DNA from: Nibricoccus sp.
GTDB lineage: Bacteria; Verrucomicrobiota; Verrucomicrobiia; Opitutales; Opitutaceae
DNA length: 64,000 nt
NCBI GenBank assembly: GCA_047602425.1
Contig: JASGHG010000001.1
Location: 2,944,001-3,008,000, forward strand
Reading direction: 5' to 3'
Shown: one piece after another, positions 59,736 to 64,000 of the stretch
Numbering within the stretch: position 1 is the stretch's first letter
Layout: the number at the start of each line of letters is the position of its first letter
Program-made: the position numbers and the translations under genes
Notes under the pieces: generated by a model
What the model was told of the DNA's origin: nothing
The model's input: only the letters and a program-made list of their open reading frames with translations
Database searches by the model: none

Positions 59736-61754
59736 TTACGCGGCCTCTTGACTGGCACCGAGCGCGGGCATCGGACAATCGAGACAGGCGGCGAAAGCGC
59801 GCAAGAGTTCGGCTTCGCCCACCAGGATTTGACCGTCAACACTGGCGGCTTGGGCGCAAGCTTGGAGCAGGCGTTGTTTGATTGGGCCGGCGGCGTGCGC
59901 CAGTTTATCGAGCGCCGGATCGAGATGCCGCGGATCGCAAGATTCGAGCGTGAGAAGTTCGGGCAGCGGCGAAATGGTTTTCAACAAATTCGCACCCGCG
60001 GCGAAGGCGCGTTCGGCCTGGCCTGGTTCCTGGGTCGAGGCATGGGCGACGGCCGAAAGGACGATGGTGATTGGTTCGCTCATCGCCTGGAAAGAGAAGA
60101 TCTGCGAGCCGAGGGAAAGCTTGGGCTTTTTGCTCAGCAGAAGCTGGTGGTGCAGGAGCTTTTGCAGGGCGAATTCGAAGAGGGTGACCCGGGCATCCGC
60201 TTTTATCAGGGCGTCGAGCGTGGCGAAGAAATCCGCGAGTTCGCTATCGCTGAGTTCGCGCAGCGCGGGCTGGGCGAGCTGGCAAAGGGGAATCTTATGC
60301 CGTTGCTGAAGACTGGCGAGTGGTTCGGCCAGCGCATGCAAAATAGTAACCGTCGCAGTCGGCAGGAGCGCAAGTTGGCGGTTGCGAAGCTCGGCATGGC
60401 TGTCGAGCAACAGGCTGTAGATCAATGCGGGCGCTTCGCCGCTCAGTCGCGCGGCCTGCCGGAGGCGTGCGGGAATTTCGTCGAGCAGCGTTTGTGCATT
60501 GGAGACTTGTTCGGGTGTGAGAGTGCCGATCGACGCAAGGGCCAGGGCGGGTGCCACGGCCCCGAAGACACGCAGCGCGGGATCGGAGGATGGCTGGTCC
60601 TGTTGTCGTTTGATCGGAGGTGGAACGAGGCCGGCGCTGACAAAACTCTCCTTGGTGATGTCGATTGTTTCAGTGGGTTCGAAATATTTGCCGTCGAACT
60701 GCGGGTCGATGGCCAGAATCCGTTTATCGAGAGGCGGGTGTGTGGCGAGCAAACCGGTAAGACCGGAGCTCATGGCCTCAGCGAAGAAGAAATGGCTGAT
60801 GGCGGCGGCGCGGGCGTTGTGGATGCGTCCGCCGAGGGCGTAACCGCCAATTTTCTTGAGGGCGCCGGTGATGCCGCCGGGGTTGCGGGTGAATTGCACG
60901 GACGAAGCATCGGCGAGGAATTCGCGCTGACGCGAAACGGCGGCTTGGATGAGGCGCCCGAAAAAGTACCCGATATAACCGATGACCATGAGAACGACAC
61001 CGATCACGAGGATAACGACCACGATGCGGCCATCCTTTTTGCTGCGATTGCCCCCGGTGAAACGAATGCTGCGGATGAGTCCGCGGCCGATGATTGTGAG
61101 CACGAAAATTCCGAAAAGCACGGACACGAGCCTGATGTTCAGGCGCATGTCGCCATTGAGAATGTGGCTGAACTCGTGGGCGACGACGCCTTGGAGTTCG
61201 TCGCGGTTGAGTTTATCGAGGGTGCCTCGCGTGACGGCCACGACTGCGTCGTTCGTCGTGAGTCCGGCGGCGAAGGCATTCAAGCCTGGTTCGTCGTCGA
61301 GCACGTAGACTGCCGGTACGGGGATGCTCGAAGCGATGGACATTTCCTCCACGACGTTGAGCAAGCGTTTTTCCTTCAAGTCAGTGGTTTGGGGATCGAC
61401 CGGGCGTCCGCCTACCATTTCCGCCACCGCGGGCCCGCCGCTGCGCAACTGAAACGTTTTAAAAATCGAAGCGCCGGCGATGACCAGAATGGTGCCGCCA
61501 GCGACCAGAACGAAAAGTTGCGGGTCCCAAAGTTTAAGCGCCGCTGGCGCGGTGGCGGACGGCTGCTCGTAATAATAGTCGTAGCTGTGCTGCCGGTACC
61601 TGCCGTGGCGCGAATATTTTGCGGGCAACTGCCCGAGAGCAACCACGAGTAACAGGTAAATCGCCGCAATGGTGGCGGCGACCGCAATGACAAAGAGTGC
61701 AATCAGCTTCTTCGTCCGCTTTTGCGCGGTGGCTTGGGCTTGGAAAAAATCCAT
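59736..61754 (-). CDS. M48 family (HtpX-like) metalloprotease
   Basis: NAFAAG; AHEFSH; SRQREFLAD; THPP. Confidence 0.92.
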   Translation of the reverse strand: MDFFQAQATAQKRTKKLIALFVIAVAATIAAIYLLLVVALGQLPAKYSRHGRYRQHSYDYYYEQPSATAPAALKLWDPQLFVLVAGGTILVIAGASIFKTFQLRSGGPAVAEMVGGRPVDPQTTDLKEKRLLNVVEEMSIASSIPVPAVYVLDDEPGLNAFAAGLTTNDAVVAVTRGTLDKLNRDELQGVVAHEFSHILNGDMRLNIRLVSVLFGIFVLTIIGRGLIRSIRFTGGNRSKKDGRIVVVILVIGVVLMVIGYIGYFFGRLIQAAVSRQREFLADASSVQFTRNPGGITGALKKIGGYALGGRIHNARAAAISHFFFAEAMSSGLTGLLATHPPLDKRILAIDPQFDGKYFEPTETIDITKESFVSAGLVPPPIKRQQDQPSSDPALRVFGAVAPALALASIGTLTPEQVSNAQTLLDEIPARLRQAARLSGEAPALIYSLLLDSHAELRNRQLALLPTATVTILHALAEPLASLQQRHKIPLCQLAQPALRELSDSELADFFATLDALIKADARVTLFEFALQKLLHHQLLLSKKPKLSLGSQIFSFQAMSEPITIVLSAVAHASTQEPGQAERAFAAGANLLKTISPLPELLTLESCDPRHLDPALDKLAHAAGPIKQRLLQACAQAASVDGQILVGEAELLRAFAACLDCPMPALGASQEAA

Positions 61755-61790
61755 AGCGAAAACGCGAACCTGCGTTGCAAGAGCGCAGGC

Positions 61791-62159
61791 TTATTTGATC
61801 AATCGCAACGTGAGCGGGTACTGGTAACAACCGTTGTCCGAGGCCTTGATCGCGGCGATGATGGAAAAAACCAGCGAGCCCAAACCAATGAGAATCATGA
61901 TTGGGATTCCGACGATGACAAAGGCGAGCGGGATGCAGCAGATTACATAAATCAGAATGGAGATATGAAAGTTCAACGCTTCGCGGGCGTTGGCTCGCAC
62001 ATATTCCGATTCACCTTTCATCGCCAAATAAACGACCAGCGGCAGGATGAATCCTACGCCGAGAAACGACGAGAGGTGGCAGAGGATGCTCCAGATCTTG
62101 TCGCTCCCGCTCGGGGTCGGAACCGGCGGGGGCAATTGCGATTCGTTCACGGTATTCAT
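61791..62159 (-). CDS. DUF4870 membrane protein
   Basis: LCHLS; AREALNFHIS; YQYPL. Confidence 0.85.
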   Translation of the reverse strand: MNTVNESQLPPPVPTPSGSDKIWSILCHLSSFLGVGFILPLVVYLAMKGESEYVRANAREALNFHISILIYVICCIPLAFVIVGIPIMILIGLGSLVFSIIAAIKASDNGCYQYPLTLRLIK

Positions 62160-62178
62160 GAGATTTCGAATATCTCAA

Positions 62179-62781
62179 TCAGGTGAATTTGACCTGCGGA
62201 GCATTGCGCTCGGAGGGATCTTCGATCTTGAAAAGCTCGGCGGGCAGGAAGCCAAACATCCCGGCGAAAACGACATTGGGGAAAGTCTCGCGGGTCGTGT
62301 TGTAGGTCATCACGGAGTCATTGTAAGCCTGGCGGGCGAAAGAAATTTTGTTCTCCGTCGAGGTAAGCTCCTCGGTGAGCTGCATCATGTTCTGGTTGGC
62401 CTTGAGTTCGGGGTAGGCCTCGGTGACGACCATCAAACGACTGAGAGCGCCGGCGAGTCCCGACTCGGCTCCAGCCAGACTGCGCACGGCATTCGCGTCG
62501 GCGGGGTTTGCGGCGGCGGCCTGGGCGGCCGAGGCGGCGATGTTGCGGGCCTTGATGACGGCTTCGAGGGTCGAACTTTCGTGTTTGAGATAACCTTTGG
62601 CGATTTCGACTAGATTGGGAATCAGATCGTAGCGGCGCTTGAGTTGTACGTCGATCTGGGCGAAGGCGTTTTTGAAGCGGTTGCGAAGGGTGACGAGGGT
62701 GTTGTAGATGCCCACGACCCACAGGGCGAGGCCGATGACAACGATGGCAAGGATGCCGAGGACAATGAGAAGTATGCTCAT
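62179..62781 (-). CDS. lemA: LemA family protein
   Basis: QIDVQLKRRYDLIPNLV; EAYPELKAN; TENKISFARQAYN. Confidence 0.95.
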   Translation of the reverse strand: MSILLIVLGILAIVVIGLALWVVGIYNTLVTLRNRFKNAFAQIDVQLKRRYDLIPNLVEIAKGYLKHESSTLEAVIKARNIAASAAQAAAANPADANAVRSLAGAESGLAGALSRLMVVTEAYPELKANQNMMQLTEELTSTENKISFARQAYNDSVMTYNTTRETFPNVVFAGMFGFLPAELFKIEDPSERNAPQVKFT

Positions 62782-62921
62782 AGATTGGGATTGGTTCGAC
62801 TTGGGTAGTGTGGCGATTACGGGCGGTTCTACGAGAAGGAAGTGATTACATTTGCGAAGGATTTTTCCAACCGGCCACGGGCTTGCGTCCGGCGGCTTCC
62901 CTGCACAACGTGCGTCCAGAC

Positions 62922-64000
62922 ATGCGCCAACCGTTTCGCCCGTTTGCTGTAATCCGTTTGTTTTTGCTTTTGCTGCCCGCCGCCCTTCTGGCGCAGGACA
63001 TTGTGTTGCCCGCTCCGTTCGCGGGCAGGAATACCGAGGCCCCAGCTGGGGATTTCGCCCTGCAAATCGCCGCCGAACGGGCGTTGCAGATGGGTTTCCC
63101 CTCGGCGGCGGTCGATCTTTATCAAAAGCTTATCGACAATCCTGCGCTCAAGCCCGACGACCGCAACAAGCTGCTCGTGGCCCAGGCCACCGCGTTGCTG
63201 GAGGATAATCGGACGGACGAGGCGGCGGCGGCTCTGAAAAAATATGTCGGCTTGCCGACGGCGGCCTGCCAGCTGCGGCTCGCGTTAATCGCTTTTCGCG
63301 AACGACGTTTTGACGATGCCCGACGGCAGGTCGGCGGCATTACTCCTGACCAATTGCCGGAGGACGATCGGAGCTGGTGGTATTATTTAAACGGCAAGCT
63401 GGCCGAGACGGTGCGGGATTTCACCCACGCGAACATCTTTCTTCAACAAGCCGTCGACGTGTCGAAATCCGAGCCGCAACGCGTGCATTTTTCCCTGGCC
63501 CAGGAACTGGCCAGACTGAGCATGGGCGAATTTTCCGAAGCGAGGGCAACTGAACTTCGGCAGGGTGTGGAGCGCTTTCAAGGCCGGCCATTGTACGCTG
63601 CCGTTACGTCATACGTAATCGTGTTGAACCAACTCGGGAGGAAAGCCGAGGCGATCGCGGTTCTTCAGCGTCAGTTGCAGGCCCTGCCGCTCGACGAGCG
63701 CGCGGTGAGCGATGAATGGCGTTTGATACTGGGATTATTGAGCGGTGCGGAGGAAGGGGTGGGGCGCAACGCCATTGGCGCGCTGATTGCGACGGGCGTC
63801 GACCGCGGCAAGCAGCGTGTTGCCCTGCAATTTCTGGCACGCGCCTCAGGTTCGGTCGCGGCTCGCGACGATTTTCGCCGCCGGCTCGACGAACTCATCG
63901 GCGCGCCCGCCCCGCATCCATTGCTGGAGGACCTTTTGATTTTCCGCGCACAAGTGGCACTGGCCGAAAAAAACTATGGCCGCGCCGAGGGCGATGCGAC
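62922..64000 (+). CDS. Exported TPR-like protein, truncated by window end
   Basis: Read manually: MRQPFRPFAVIRLFLLLLPAALLAQD... signal peptide then helical repeats; not in ORF track, consistent with no stop before 64000. Confidence 0.7.
   Translation, partial: MRQPFRPFAVIRLFLLLLPAALLAQDIVLPAPFAGRNTEAPAGDFALQIAAERALQMGFPSAAVDLYQKLIDNPALKPDDRNKLLVAQATALLEDNRTDEAAAALKKYVGLPTAACQLRLALIAFRERRFDDARRQVGGITPDQLPEDDRSWWYYLNGKLAETVRDFTHANIFLQQAVDVSKSEPQRVHFSLAQELARLSMGEFSEARATELRQGVERFQGRPLYAAVTSYVIVLNQLGRKAEAIAVLQRQLQALPLDERAVSDEWRLILGLLSGAEEGVGRNAIGALIATGVDRGKQRVALQFLARASGSVAARDDFRRRLDELIGAPAPHPLLEDLLIFRAQVALAEKNYGRAEGDA

Overview
GC-rich bacterial chromosome segment; gene content suggests Opitutaceae/Verrucomicrobiota (inference). 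Most of it is ordinary: two-component genes, a gspG-H-I-J-K-L-M pseudopilin cluster, hisC, sua5/tsaC, rpsR, a large surface metalloprotease, GH28, clpB, psd, topoisomerase IB, nrfHA, PPi-PFK, glycosylation genes, GH105/88, tatD, sufE and lemA/htpX. The standout is a ~8.7 kb element (29765-38504) inserted 16 nt downstream of tRNA-Leu(TAG). It has inverted ends with repeated ~23-bp sites and a short direct repeat. It encodes a CI/Cro-like switch with a palindromic operator, several small ORFs (one resembling Mu gp27/DUF3486), a 520-aa tape-measure-like protein, a MuA/TnsB-type DDE transposase and a MuB/TnsC-type AAA+ ATPase with a long N-terminal extension. I see no integrase, TnsA, TniQ/TnsD, Cas, capsid, portal or large terminase gene. 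It is a candidate tRNA-targeting transposable (Mu-like) phage satellite; a degenerate prophage is the alternative. Other observations: a GTAG-type REP doublet inserted in-frame in sua5, a recurring intergenic palindrome (TGTCATCTA-W-TAGATGACA), a CxxCH-type NrfA, and single frameshifts in psd and nrfA that may be sequencing errors. All family calls are by eye from motifs; no searches were run.
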